64,000 nucleotides of DNA. Source: a virus. Lineage: Duplodnaviria; Caudoviricetes. The notes beneath the pieces are model-generated. The model worked only from the letters and a program-made list of their open reading frames with translations. It had not been told where the DNA came from and did no database searches. The translations under genes were made by a program, and so were the position numbers. Below are positions 28,370 through 37,834 of this stretch, one piece after another. How positions within the stretch are numbered: position 1 is the first letter of the stretch; every line of letters begins with the position of its first letter. Location: the IMG/VR virus record IMGVR_UViG_3300049573_000247, positions 64,001 through 128,000 of that record; one strand, 5' to 3'.

Positions 28370-28855
28370 GTGGTGGATGACTGGCTGACGATCGCGCTTG
28401 CCCTGGCCATGACGGCCAGGATCACGAGGCTGATCACGTTCGACACGATCACCCAGCCGATCCGCGATCGGCTGCCCGGACTGCTCGGGGCGCTGGTCCA
28501 GTGCCCTTGGTGCTCCGGGTTCTGGGTCGCCGTCGCAGTCGGCTTCTCCTGGCACTGGTGGGCCGACCAGACCTGGTGGCAGATCAACGCACTGATCTGG
28601 GCGCTCTCCTGGTTCGCTGGAGCCGTTTCCAACGCTGCGATGCCCGGTCAGCATGAGGTCGCCATGGTCGGACCCGTCGCACTGCTCAACGCCGACGAAC
28701 CGGTCCGCGAAACCGTCGAACGGGTCGAGACCACCAACGAGATCCACATCGACACGCGCGAGGAAGCCGACCCCGAGGAAATCGCCCGGATCGTCGTCGA
28801 AGCACTCCAGCGCGCCAAGTGGGGTCCGGCGAACAAGGCGGGCGGGTCTGACTGA
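28370..28855 (+). CDS. DUF1360-like membrane protein
   Basis: RITRLITFDTIT.PIR...LVQCPWCSGFW; directly precedes portal. Confidence 0.8.
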   Translation: MVDDWLTIALALAMTARITRLITFDTITQPIRDRLPGLLGALVQCPWCSGFWVAVAVGFSWHWWADQTWWQINALIWALSWFAGAVSNAAMPGQHEVAMVGPVALLNADEPVRETVERVETTNEIHIDTREEADPEEIARIVVEALQRAKWGPANKAGGSD

Positions 28856-30594
28856 TGGGATTCGGCTCGCAGCTCAAAAGCCTGACGGCCGCCATGTTTC
28901 GCGGTCGGCCGGTCGGCGTACCCACCGGCCGCATCGGGATGGGCTCCTATGCGCTGCAGGGCGCCACCGCCGAATGGCAGGCTGAAGCCGCTGAGCTGTA
29001 CAACGTCGTCCCCGAGCTGCGCTACGGCATCTACTGGATCGCCTCCTCATCCTCCCGCGCCACGCTCACCGTCGCCAAGAAGCCCACCGGCGAACAGGCG
29101 ACGCCCGAGACCGTCTCCCGCGACAACCCCGCGTGGGAGCCACTCAACGAACTCGCGCCCACCGCCCCCGAGCAGGCGATGCTCATCTACCGCATCGTCA
29201 CGCTCATGAAGCTGCTCGGGCGATGGCGCCTCGTCGGCTTCGACACCGACGACGGCAAGCGCCAGTGGGTCGTCACCTCCGAATACGACTACAACGAATC
29301 GGGCAACGGCGTCAGCGTCCACGACGCCACCACCGGCGTCAACTACACCCTCGGCCGCGACCAGGTGTGGTCCATTCCCATGCTCATGCCCCACCCCATC
29401 CGCTCCTCCGAACCCGACGCCCCCACCAGAGCGCTCATTCCCACCCTCCACGAACTCATCGACCTCTCCGGACACGTCCAGACCGCCGCCAAGTCACGCC
29501 TGGCCGGAGCAGGGCTGCTCCTGATTCCCAACCAGGTCTCCACCGTCGCCCCCGGCCAGTCCAGTGGCGTCAACCCACCCGACGGCGACCCGGCGATGAC
29601 CGCACTCATGCGCACCGCTCAGGCCAGCCTGCGCTCCCCCACCGACGTCTCCCGCCACCTCCCGGTCATCTTCAAAGGCCAGCAGGAAGCGCTCAACGCC
29701 GTCCGCCACCTCAGCCTGCAAACCCCGTTCGACGAACGAGTCGACTCGCTCAGAACATCAGCAGTCCGGCGAATCGCCATCGGATTGGACATTCCACCCG
29801 AAGTGCTCACAGGCATGGGCGACCTGAACCACTGGACAGCATGGGCTGTCGAGGCCTCCGGCCAGCGCGTCAACATCGAGCCCACGTTGAATTTCGTGTG
29901 CCGGGAGTTGACCACGAAGTTCCTGCAGCCCGCGCTGAAAGCTATGGGGTTGCCCGACGCCGACCAGTACATGGTCTCGTTCGACCCGGCCGGGGCGCAG
30001 TCCGAGGCCAACAAGGGCGACCTCGCGCTGGCGGCCTACGAGTTGGGCATCATCTCGGCCGACGCGGCTCGCAGCTCCTTGGGCTATGGCTCGGAGGATG
30101 CGCCGGAGCCGGGATCGGTGCCGCCGGGCCAGGCAGTGGTGCCCGGTGGGCGCGAGGGCGGCCTGGTCCCCAGTGCGATGGACCGCCTTGCCGACCGGCT
30201 GCGCGACCAGACCAACCGCGCCGGTCCCGCGTCGGGGACGCAGTCGCAGGTCGGGCTCGAATCGCTCGCGGCCGACGCCGGATGGGCGGCTTGTGCCGAC
30301 ATCGGGGCGCGCCGCGCGCTGCGCCGGTGCGGGCAGTACCTCCTGGGTTCTTCACGGGCGCTGCGCGGCCGGTATCGCGATACGCCTCTTGAGGCGATGC
30401 ATACCCAGATCCGTGCGGAGCCCGACACGGTTGCCTCCGCGTTGCGGGATGGGTTTGCCGAATTGGCTGAGGCCGCGCCGCAGTTGGTCGACCCCGTAGC
30501 CCGATATGTCCGCTTTAGGATAGAAACAGGTACTAAGCACGATAAGTCAGAAATGTGCAGGTATCTTCTAGAAGAGGCGAACACGAGGGGGTAG
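28855..30594 (+). CDS. Portal protein
   Basis: Position and size; VPELRY, SRLAGAGLLLIP, RRIAIGLDIPPEVLTG..NHW.AW motifs of actinophage portals. Confidence 0.85.
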   Translation: MGFGSQLKSLTAAMFRGRPVGVPTGRIGMGSYALQGATAEWQAEAAELYNVVPELRYGIYWIASSSSRATLTVAKKPTGEQATPETVSRDNPAWEPLNELAPTAPEQAMLIYRIVTLMKLLGRWRLVGFDTDDGKRQWVVTSEYDYNESGNGVSVHDATTGVNYTLGRDQVWSIPMLMPHPIRSSEPDAPTRALIPTLHELIDLSGHVQTAAKSRLAGAGLLLIPNQVSTVAPGQSSGVNPPDGDPAMTALMRTAQASLRSPTDVSRHLPVIFKGQQEALNAVRHLSLQTPFDERVDSLRTSAVRRIAIGLDIPPEVLTGMGDLNHWTAWAVEASGQRVNIEPTLNFVCRELTTKFLQPALKAMGLPDADQYMVSFDPAGAQSEANKGDLALAAYELGIISADAARSSLGYGSEDAPEPGSVPPGQAVVPGGREGGLVPSAMDRLADRLRDQTNRAGPASGTQSQVGLESLAADAGWAACADIGARRALRRCGQYLLGSSRALRGRYRDTPLEAMHTQIRAEPDTVASALRDGFAELAEAAPQLVDPVARYVRFRIETGTKHDKSEMCRYLLEEANTRG

Positions 30595-30600
30595 GGCGCG

Positions 30601-32337
30601 ATGCCGGTAACCGTGAACACTGACCTGCCGCTGCACCCGGAGCGCGACACCGCCTGGGACGGCGACGCCGCCCGTGCCGCGATGGCCCGCCGCTGCTCCT
30701 CCGAAGACGGCGTCATGGCCGACTGCATGGGAGCCGGGTTCGTGTGGCGTGACGGCGACGCCAACGCCTCCACCATCGGCGCCTATTCGCTTCCAGTCGC
30801 CGACGTCTTCTCCGGCGATCTCCATCTGGTCCTGTCGGGCGTGCAGGCGGCGGCCAACGCCGTCTCCCCGGCTCGTGAGCCCGGTGGCCCCCGCGCCATG
30901 GGCGGCACTGAGGACGAGCTGAACCAGATGCGCTCGGCGATCGAGCGCATCCTCGCTCGCTTCGCCCGCGAATTCGACGACGACACCATCCGCGCCCCCT
31001 GGGAAGCAGAGCCCGAATCCGAACGCGCCTCGGGCGCCGCACCGGTAGCCGTTGCCGGATGCTGCGGCGGCTGCGGGTGCGCAGGCACCAAGACCACTGA
31101 CAACACCGAGGCCCAGCGGCCCGAACCGAAGCAGGAGGGGGAGGCTGCTATGCCCGACATCGCCAGCGCCCAGAACATCGAACTGGGCCGTCCCCGAAGC
31201 CGCGTCATCCGCGCCTCGGCCACCGGCGGGGAATGGCGCCCGCCGGTCGACCACTTCGCCAACCCGCACCTGAATGAGCCGACCAAGCTGACCGTCACCG
31301 CTGACGGCAGGGTCTACGGCCACCTCGCGACCTGGGACCAGCCGCATATCGGCTATGACGGCAAGCTCGTCTACCCGCCGCGCAACCGCGATGGTGCCTA
31401 CGGCTACTTCCGGCAGTCGCAGGTCGTCACCGCCGACGGCTCGGTCGTCCCGGTCGGGATTCTCACCATGAACACCGGTCACGCCGACGAGTCGCTCTCG
31501 GCCGACGCCGCCGCCGCGCACTACGACAACACCGGCACGATGATGGCCGCCGTCAACGTCGGCGAAGACTCGATCGGCATCTGGCTGGCCGGTTCGATGC
31601 TGCCCGATGTGTCTCCAGAACTGCGCAACCGCTTCTCGCTGGCGCGCGTCTCCGGCGACTGGCGCCAGCCCAAGCCCGGCGCGCCGCTCGAACTCATCGC
31701 CGCGCTCAGCGTGCCCAACCCGGGTTTCCCCGTCCGGCAAAGCGCTGAGTTGCTGGCGTCCGACCGCCTGACGCTCGCTGCTTCCGGACTGGTCAAGGCC
31801 GAGGCTGGGGAGATCCGCACCTTCATCTGCGCCGGTGCGACCGTCGTCGATGAAGCCCAGCAGGCCGCGCTCACTGACGCCGTCCGCACCGCGATCGGCC
31901 CCGACTTCATCAACCAGGTAAAAGACGCCGTCATCGAAGCGATCAAGTCGCAGGCTGACCTCGCTCCGAAGGAAGCCGAACCGGTTCCTCCCGTGGCTCC
32001 TGCTGCTCCGGCCGCTCCAGAAGCGCCAGCGACGGACGCCCCGGTCGAGCCTGCGGCCGAAACGGCCACCGAGGCCCCGGCCGAGGAGGAGCTGCCAGGA
32101 CAGGACCCGCTGCCGATGCCCGAACCAGCTCCCGCTGACGCCGCCGCAGCGGCCACCGACGCGGGGGGTGCCGGTGTGCTTCCTGCCGTGGACTCTGCCG
32201 CCGCACCGGCACCGCCCGTTCCCGCTGAAGCCGCGCAGGTCGCCGCCAGCGCCCTGGCGAAGCACCTGCTCAAGCATCGGTCCATCACGGCCCGGCAGAA
32301 GCTGCTCGCTGCTGCAGGGCGAGGAAAAAAAGCCTGA
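30601..32337 (+). CDS. Capsid maturation protease/scaffold-like protein
   Basis: Between portal and capsid; GRVYGHLA.W, VGED..GIW.AG, SGDWR motifs; Ala/Pro tail. Confidence 0.75.
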   Translation: MPVTVNTDLPLHPERDTAWDGDAARAAMARRCSSEDGVMADCMGAGFVWRDGDANASTIGAYSLPVADVFSGDLHLVLSGVQAAANAVSPAREPGGPRAMGGTEDELNQMRSAIERILARFAREFDDDTIRAPWEAEPESERASGAAPVAVAGCCGGCGCAGTKTTDNTEAQRPEPKQEGEAAMPDIASAQNIELGRPRSRVIRASATGGEWRPPVDHFANPHLNEPTKLTVTADGRVYGHLATWDQPHIGYDGKLVYPPRNRDGAYGYFRQSQVVTADGSVVPVGILTMNTGHADESLSADAAAAHYDNTGTMMAAVNVGEDSIGIWLAGSMLPDVSPELRNRFSLARVSGDWRQPKPGAPLELIAALSVPNPGFPVRQSAELLASDRLTLAASGLVKAEAGEIRTFICAGATVVDEAQQAALTDAVRTAIGPDFINQVKDAVIEAIKSQADLAPKEAEPVPPVAPAAPAAPEAPATDAPVEPAAETATEAPAEEELPGQDPLPMPEPAPADAAAAATDAGGAGVLPAVDSAAAPAPPVPAEAAQVAASALAKHLLKHRSITARQKLLAAAGRGKKA

Positions 32338-32369
32338 CCGCCGCCCCGCCGCCCAGCGCGGTGGGGTGG
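32323..32369 (+). other. Probable programmed -1 frameshift signal
   Basis: GGA AAA AAA (7 A) before the stop, plus GC hairpin 32341-32369; -1 frame is open into the next ORF. Confidence 0.7.
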
Positions 32370-32666
32370 GTCGACCTTCCCGGTGAACGGAACTGGGTAG
32401 ATCGGTCGGGCGGTACCCAATCGGATCTCAAAGACGTCGCCTTGCACCTCATGGCGAAGGGCATGACGCAGTCGCATGCGATCGCGGTGGCCACGAACGT
32501 CATCCGGCGCTGGTGCCGGGGCGGCGCTTCCGGCAATCCCGGCGACAACCTCAACTGGCCTGGCAGGCAGCAGGCCACGTTGAAAACGCGGATCAAAGGC
32601 TGCAAAGCGGTTCTGGAATACAACGCGAAACGGGCGTTGGCGAAGGCACGTTCGGCCGCGCGGTAG
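32331..32666 (+). CDS. Basic domain, probably a frameshift extension of the maturation protein
   Basis: No RBS before GTG 32361; continuous -1 frame from 32331. Confidence 0.65.
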   Translation, partial: SLTAAPPPSAVGWVDLPGERNWVDRSGGTQSDLKDVALHLMAKGMTQSHAIAVATNVIRRWCRGGASGNPGDNLNWPGRQQATLKTRIKGCKAVLEYNAKRALAKARSAAR

Positions 32667-32689
32667 CGGCAGGCAGGAAGGACAGATCG

Positions 32690-32881
32690 ATGTGCGGTTG
32701 CTCCAAGAACGCCGCTGGTGGCGGCAGTGTCTGGTCGTCGAATCGGACGCGGTGGCAGGTGGTGACGCCTTCGGGTGCTCGGGTGACGTACGGGCGTCGT
32801 GAAGACGCGGTGCGGCATGCGGAGATCCACAATGGCACCGTTGAAGAGATTCGCCCCGGTATGACCCTTAAGAAAGCTTAG
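32690..32881 (+). CDS. Small MCGC-type head-module protein
   Basis: AAGGA RBS; M-x-C-G-C-type start seen next to actinophage capsid genes. Confidence 0.7.
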   Translation: MCGCSKNAAGGGSVWSSNRTRWQVVTPSGARVTYGRREDAVRHAEIHNGTVEEIRPGMTLKKA

Positions 32882-33037
32882 TACACTTTCGAGAGCTAAA
32901 TGTCTGATTTACCGTTTGCTGTGGTAATGTCCGTTTTATCCAGTGTCTGGGGCGTGGGTGACCAGGCACTGAGCGGACCGCTGGCGTGAGGGCCGGGGAC
33001 GACAGCGACGCGCCCACTCCACATCCGGAGATACGAC

Positions 33038-34789
33038 ATGACGCTCGACGAACTCATCGAGGCGCTCGCCGGTCTCGATGCCGAGGAGCGGCTCGCGCGA
33101 ATCGAGCAGCTCGTCGGCGAAGTCTCTGAAGACGACCTGGCCACCATCCGCGACGCCGCCATCGAAGCCGCGCAGGCCTACATCGACGAAGTCCCCAGCG
33201 ACGAGGCGTCCATCGCCCGCGCTGAGGCGCTGACGGTGATCCTCGACGCGATCGACCGGCGCACTGGCGACGCGGAGACCGAGACCGAAGCCACCGAAGC
33301 CGAGGAAGCCGACCTCGAAGCCACTGCTGCCCGTGCGGCTTCGGCTGAAGAGGTGGCCGAGCCCGCCCGCGAAGGCGAACTCGTCGCCGCTGATGGAGCT
33401 CCGCAGACCCAGAAGGCGAGTAATCAGATGCCGATCCCGCTGGCCCAGGCCGCCTCCGTCGCTCCGACGCAGGCGAGCGCAGCCGATCGCACCGACCGTG
33501 TGAAGCACACCGTCGTGGCCGCAGGCGACCTTCCCGACTATCGCGGGGGCACCGAGCTGCCGGACACCAAGGCCATCGCCGCCGCCGTCCAGGCCGGTAT
33601 GACCGTCGTCTCCCGGTCGCAGGCCCCGGGCGTGCGACAGGGCCTGTGCTCCATCAAGCGCGAGGCGCCCGATCACCTCAACTACACCGGTGCCTCGGAC
33701 TGGCTCAAAGTCGACGAGGTCACCAACCAGAAGAACCTCCCGGGGAAGTCGCTCGTCGCCGCTGGCGGATGGTGCGCCCCTTCCGAGGTGCTTTATGACG
33801 TTTGTCCCATTCCGGTGTCGCGTGACGGCATGGTCGACCTGCCGACCATCACCGCCACGCGCGGCGGTGTCAAGTACTCGCGTCGGCCCGACTTCGCCCC
33901 GTTCTGGTCCCTCGTGGGCTTTGAACAGACGGAAACGGACGCTATCGCTGGAGTTGAGAAGCCTTGCTTCGAAATTCCGTGTCCTGATGATTTGTCCGAA
34001 TGCCGGATGGACATCGAGGGCATCTGCCTCGTGCAGCCGCTGCTCACCGAGCGCGGTTGGCCAGAGAAGGTCGAGGAGTTCGTCGAGTACGCGATGCTCG
34101 CGCACGCCCACCGCATCAACGCCCGGCGCATCGAGCGCATGGTCGACATGGCCACCTGGGCCATCACCGTCCCGGGCCCGACCCGCAGCCCCGCTGACAA
34201 CACACTGCCCTCCACGGGCATTACCGTCGACGACCACGGCCCGGGCGCATTCGAGTCGCTCCTGAGCGTCCTCGAACTGCAGGTCGAGTTCTTCCGCTAC
34301 TCCATGCGCCTTTCCCGCAGCGCGCTGCTGGAAGGCATGGCGCCGTACTGGCTGCGCGGCCTGCTCCGCGCTGACATCTCGAAGAAGCTCGGGATCGACA
34401 ACCGCTGGGGCATCGCCACCGACGAGATCCTCGACCGGTGGTTCGCCGACCGTGGTGTCCGAATTCAGTGGGTTTATGACTGGCAGGACAGTATGTCCGA
34501 GCAGGACCCCGCTGCGTTCGGCGGCACGCCGCCCACCGCATGGCCTGACGAGGTCTCGATCCTCCTGTGGGAGCCGGGCACCTACTTCGCGCTCCAGCAG
34601 GACGTCATCAACCTCACCGGGGTGTACGACCGCATCGACCTGCAGCGCAACGTCTACACGCGCCTTTTCACCGAAGAGGGATTCGCGGTGTGCGCCCGTT
34701 GCGGTCGCAGCATGCTCATCACCATCCCACTGTGCCCGAACGGCCTGTCCGGCTCTCAGGAGCTGACCGTCTGCTCGACGACCGCGTAA
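33038..34789 (+). CDS. Major capsid protein (with N-terminal scaffold-like region)
   Basis: SLVAAGGWCAPSE..YD, DLPTI...RGG motifs; acidic coiled-coil N-terminus. Confidence 0.9.
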   Translation: MTLDELIEALAGLDAEERLARIEQLVGEVSEDDLATIRDAAIEAAQAYIDEVPSDEASIARAEALTVILDAIDRRTGDAETETEATEAEEADLEATAARAASAEEVAEPAREGELVAADGAPQTQKASNQMPIPLAQAASVAPTQASAADRTDRVKHTVVAAGDLPDYRGGTELPDTKAIAAAVQAGMTVVSRSQAPGVRQGLCSIKREAPDHLNYTGASDWLKVDEVTNQKNLPGKSLVAAGGWCAPSEVLYDVCPIPVSRDGMVDLPTITATRGGVKYSRRPDFAPFWSLVGFEQTETDAIAGVEKPCFEIPCPDDLSECRMDIEGICLVQPLLTERGWPEKVEEFVEYAMLAHAHRINARRIERMVDMATWAITVPGPTRSPADNTLPSTGITVDDHGPGAFESLLSVLELQVEFFRYSMRLSRSALLEGMAPYWLRGLLRADISKKLGIDNRWGIATDEILDRWFADRGVRIQWVYDWQDSMSEQDPAAFGGTPPTAWPDEVSILLWEPGTYFALQQDVINLTGVYDRIDLQRNVYTRLFTEEGFAVCARCGRSMLITIPLCPNGLSGSQELTVCSTTA

Positions 34790-34804
34790 GGAAGCCGTAA
34801 CTCG

Positions 34805-36232
34805 ATGCTCAGGTTCCGAGTCGATCCGCCAACCGTGCAGCCAGTGCCGCACGGGCTGCTCGACGTGGCCGAGGTCGTCACCCGTGACGACCCGCACTGG
34901 CGCACGGGCATCGAATACGACAGCTACGCCTGCACGCAGGCGAAACTGTGGGGGCGCTGGTGTACCGCCATCGGTACGCCAGCGACCCTCCCGGACGCGC
35001 GGACCATCGCGATCGCACTGACGGGGCAACTGACAGCGGGCACCTATTCGATGTTGGGGGCCGCCGGGGACAACGACGGTCCACGGCAGCTGCTGTTCAC
35101 CTACTACGACGAGGGCGTCCCCACCGAAACGGCCTACGTGACTGGCACCGCGCCGGTCACCGTCGCATCGGATGACGAGCCGCTCAACGGGCACTTGGTG
35201 ATCACCGACGTGCTCACCGGGCTGCACGTGGACTGGAACATCGTCCAAGACGCCACTACCGGGGAGATCACCCACCCCGGTGAAGAGGCGATCCTGTGGC
35301 AGGTGCCCCAGCCCGCGATCCCCGAGGGCTGCGAGTCGATCACCACCACCATCACCGCCCAGGACGCCACGCCCGCCGAAGGAGTGGCCTTCGCCATCAC
35401 CTCGGCGGGTGTCGTCACCAGCGAGCGAGCCGTCACCATCGCCGGACACCGCGTCGTACTCGACGCCGGTGACACCGAGGGCGCACTGGTCATCGCCAGC
35501 GGCGTCGGCGAAGGCGTATGGCCGATCTCCGTCCACGACATCGACTCCGGTTCGTTCGTCTCCGGGTGGATCTACATCGACGACACGCTTGCCGGGACCG
35601 CTGTGCTCCTGCAAGCAACCTGCCCCGTCAAAGAAATCCGGTCGGCGCCGTGGACGACGCTGTTCGCCCCGGCCTGGACCGTCTATGCCGAGGTCCAGTG
35701 CCAATCGATGGCGTTCGACGACGCGGCGGCCTCGGCCTCCGACGTCTTCGCGCTGGCTGAGGCGAAGGTCGTGGAGGCCTCCTGGTGGGACCTTGCTTTC
35801 GACCGGGCCCGCACGATTGGCACTGGGCTCTCGATTCCGGCCGCTATCGCCGAGTTGGAGCACTACCTCGCTGTCAACTACAACGGGCTCGGGATTATCC
35901 ACGTGCCTGTCTACATGGCGGCGTGGCTGGGCAGCGTGTGGGGGACGTTCACGCGCGGCCAGAGCCTTACCGAGCACGGTGTCCTGCACACCTTGCGCGG
36001 CACGCCCGTCGTCGTCGGCTCGGGCTACCCGCGTCAAGGCGACCCCGCCGGAGCAGGCGTCGCCATCATGGCCACCGGCGCTGTGCGCCTCTACCGGTCC
36101 GGCGTCGAGGTCATCTCGACGATCGACCGCCGCACCAACCTCCGATCCGCTGTCGCCGAGCGGACCTATGCCGCCGCTGACGACTGCGTGCAACCGGCAG
36201 TCGCTTTCGTGGATGTGGAGGCCACCACGTGA
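34805..36232 (+). CDS. Head-associated/minor capsid protein with inserted beta-rich domains
   Basis: Follows MCP; P.P.GLL..A N-terminus and AERTY C-terminus; Thr-rich beta insert. Confidence 0.6.
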   Translation: MLRFRVDPPTVQPVPHGLLDVAEVVTRDDPHWRTGIEYDSYACTQAKLWGRWCTAIGTPATLPDARTIAIALTGQLTAGTYSMLGAAGDNDGPRQLLFTYYDEGVPTETAYVTGTAPVTVASDDEPLNGHLVITDVLTGLHVDWNIVQDATTGEITHPGEEAILWQVPQPAIPEGCESITTTITAQDATPAEGVAFAITSAGVVTSERAVTIAGHRVVLDAGDTEGALVIASGVGEGVWPISVHDIDSGSFVSGWIYIDDTLAGTAVLLQATCPVKEIRSAPWTTLFAPAWTVYAEVQCQSMAFDDAAASASDVFALAEAKVVEASWWDLAFDRARTIGTGLSIPAAIAELEHYLAVNYNGLGIIHVPVYMAAWLGSVWGTFTRGQSLTEHGVLHTLRGTPVVVGSGYPRQGDPAGAGVAIMATGAVRLYRSGVEVISTIDRRTNLRSAVAERTYAAADDCVQPAVAFVDVEATT

Positions 36233-36295
36233 TCATCGATGTCCGATTTATCCATACAACTACCGCTCTGTCGGTGTTGAGCGGGGAGGGCCGTC

Positions 36296-37825
36296 ATGGC
36301 TGAGACTTCTACCGTCCGAGGCAGGATGGCGCGGTTCACGCGCCTCGACGAGCTGGGACGCCCGCTGTACGGCATGGGCAACCAGGCCGTCACCAAAGGC
36401 ATCATTTCGGTCACCTATACCCCCAACGTCACCGAGGGTGAAGCCACCTCGGTCACCAACTTCGCCGGTGAGCAGTGCATCTCGGCGCCAGCGCCGTGCG
36501 CGACCATCGACAACTGGACCGTGGCTGTCGAATTCTGCGCAGTCGACCCATGTGTCGTGTTGATGATCTACCCATCCTGGATTCCGATTTACGACGATTT
36601 CGGGTCGATCAAGGGTTTCCAGATCGTCGGCGGTTTGAGCTGCGACGTTGGCTTCGCCCTGGAGATCTGGGGCCAGATCGGTTCGGCCGGGTCCTCGATC
36701 CAGTGCGGCCCAGGCGCCGTCTCGGGCTCCACCTACTGGCTCGCACCCCGCCTGGTCGGCGCCGCCCCAGGCGAAATCACGATCAGTAACGAGGCCACGT
36801 CGTTCACGTTCAACGGCACCACGACCTCGCCGGTCGGCTGGCGTCGCGGTCCCTACTTGGTCGACATCGTCGACGGCGTTCCGTCGGTCCTGCGCGACCC
36901 GGTCGACAGCGCTGCACAGCTGGTCGAGTTCACCACGCAGGTGCGTCCGCCCGAGCCCACCAACGGATGCGTGGAGCTGCCACGCCCGGTCCCGGAGGAG
37001 GCCAGCGTCATCATCGACCGCGTCCCCACGGACGCGACCGGCATGTGCGCGCGTCTCATCATCGACAACCACGGATTCGGGCCCGTCACAGTCAACTGGG
37101 GCGACGGCACCGACCCCGAGACCAGCGGCGACTGCTCGACCATCACTCACTGCTACACGACGCCAGGCACCTACACGGTGTGCGTCGCTGACCAGCAGAC
37201 CCCGGCGATCTCGACCTGCCGCGAGATCGTCGTGCCGATGCCATCCGATCAGCCGACCATGACCGTGGCAGTCGATCCGACCGACGACATGTGCGTCATC
37301 GCGACCATCGACATGCCACCGCAGTCGGATGGGCGCGTGGAGATCACCTGGGGCGACGACACCGCTGCTTCGACCGTCGAAGTCACGCCCGGAACACCGG
37401 TCGAGGTGTCGCACTGCTACTCGACGCCGGGCGTCTACACCATCCGGGCCGTCCGCGTGGAGCAGCCGGACTACTACGCCACCGCAACCGTCGTGGTGCC
37501 GGTCATTCCGAACCCAATGGTGTCCGCCGCCGTCGACGGCCAGATGGTCACGCTGACCGTCGACAACAACGGCAACGGTCTCACCACTGTGGAGTGGGGC
37601 GACGGCGCCACGACCTCCGGCCCGAACACGGACGGAGGAACCGTCCAGCACACCTACGCGGCAGACGGCGTCTATTCGATCACGGTCACCTCGGTGTCCA
37701 ACCCACTCTCGACCACCACGGTGCAGGTCACCGTCGGCGCCGCTCCAGGCCTGCAGGCCGGAGTCGACGCCGATGGAGGCGATGTGTCGGGCATGACGGT
37801 CGACGTCACCTGGAACAACGCTTAG
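36296..37825 (+). CDS. Major tail protein with 3 PKD/Ig domains and a terminal half-domain
   Basis: RG..AR.TRLD..G.P tube N-terminus, FCAVDP; three W-G-D...H.Y...G.Y repeats. Confidence 0.85.
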   Translation: MAETSTVRGRMARFTRLDELGRPLYGMGNQAVTKGIISVTYTPNVTEGEATSVTNFAGEQCISAPAPCATIDNWTVAVEFCAVDPCVVLMIYPSWIPIYDDFGSIKGFQIVGGLSCDVGFALEIWGQIGSAGSSIQCGPGAVSGSTYWLAPRLVGAAPGEITISNEATSFTFNGTTTSPVGWRRGPYLVDIVDGVPSVLRDPVDSAAQLVEFTTQVRPPEPTNGCVELPRPVPEEASVIIDRVPTDATGMCARLIIDNHGFGPVTVNWGDGTDPETSGDCSTITHCYTTPGTYTVCVADQQTPAISTCREIVVPMPSDQPTMTVAVDPTDDMCVIATIDMPPQSDGRVEITWGDDTAASTVEVTPGTPVEVSHCYSTPGVYTIRAVRVEQPDYYATATVVVPVIPNPMVSAAVDGQMVTLTVDNNGNGLTTVEWGDGATTSGPNTDGGTVQHTYAADGVYSITVTSVSNPLSTTTVQVTVGAAPGLQAGVDADGGDVSGMTVDVTWNNA

Positions 37826-37834
37826 GAGGCTGCC

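Noticed and set aside
32936-36193. 1085 aa minus-strand ORF and similar long antisense ORFs (e.g. 30568-32277, 50555-52468, 3034-4476)
   Set aside because: Shadow ORFs of high-GC genes on the opposite strand; no motifs or RBS
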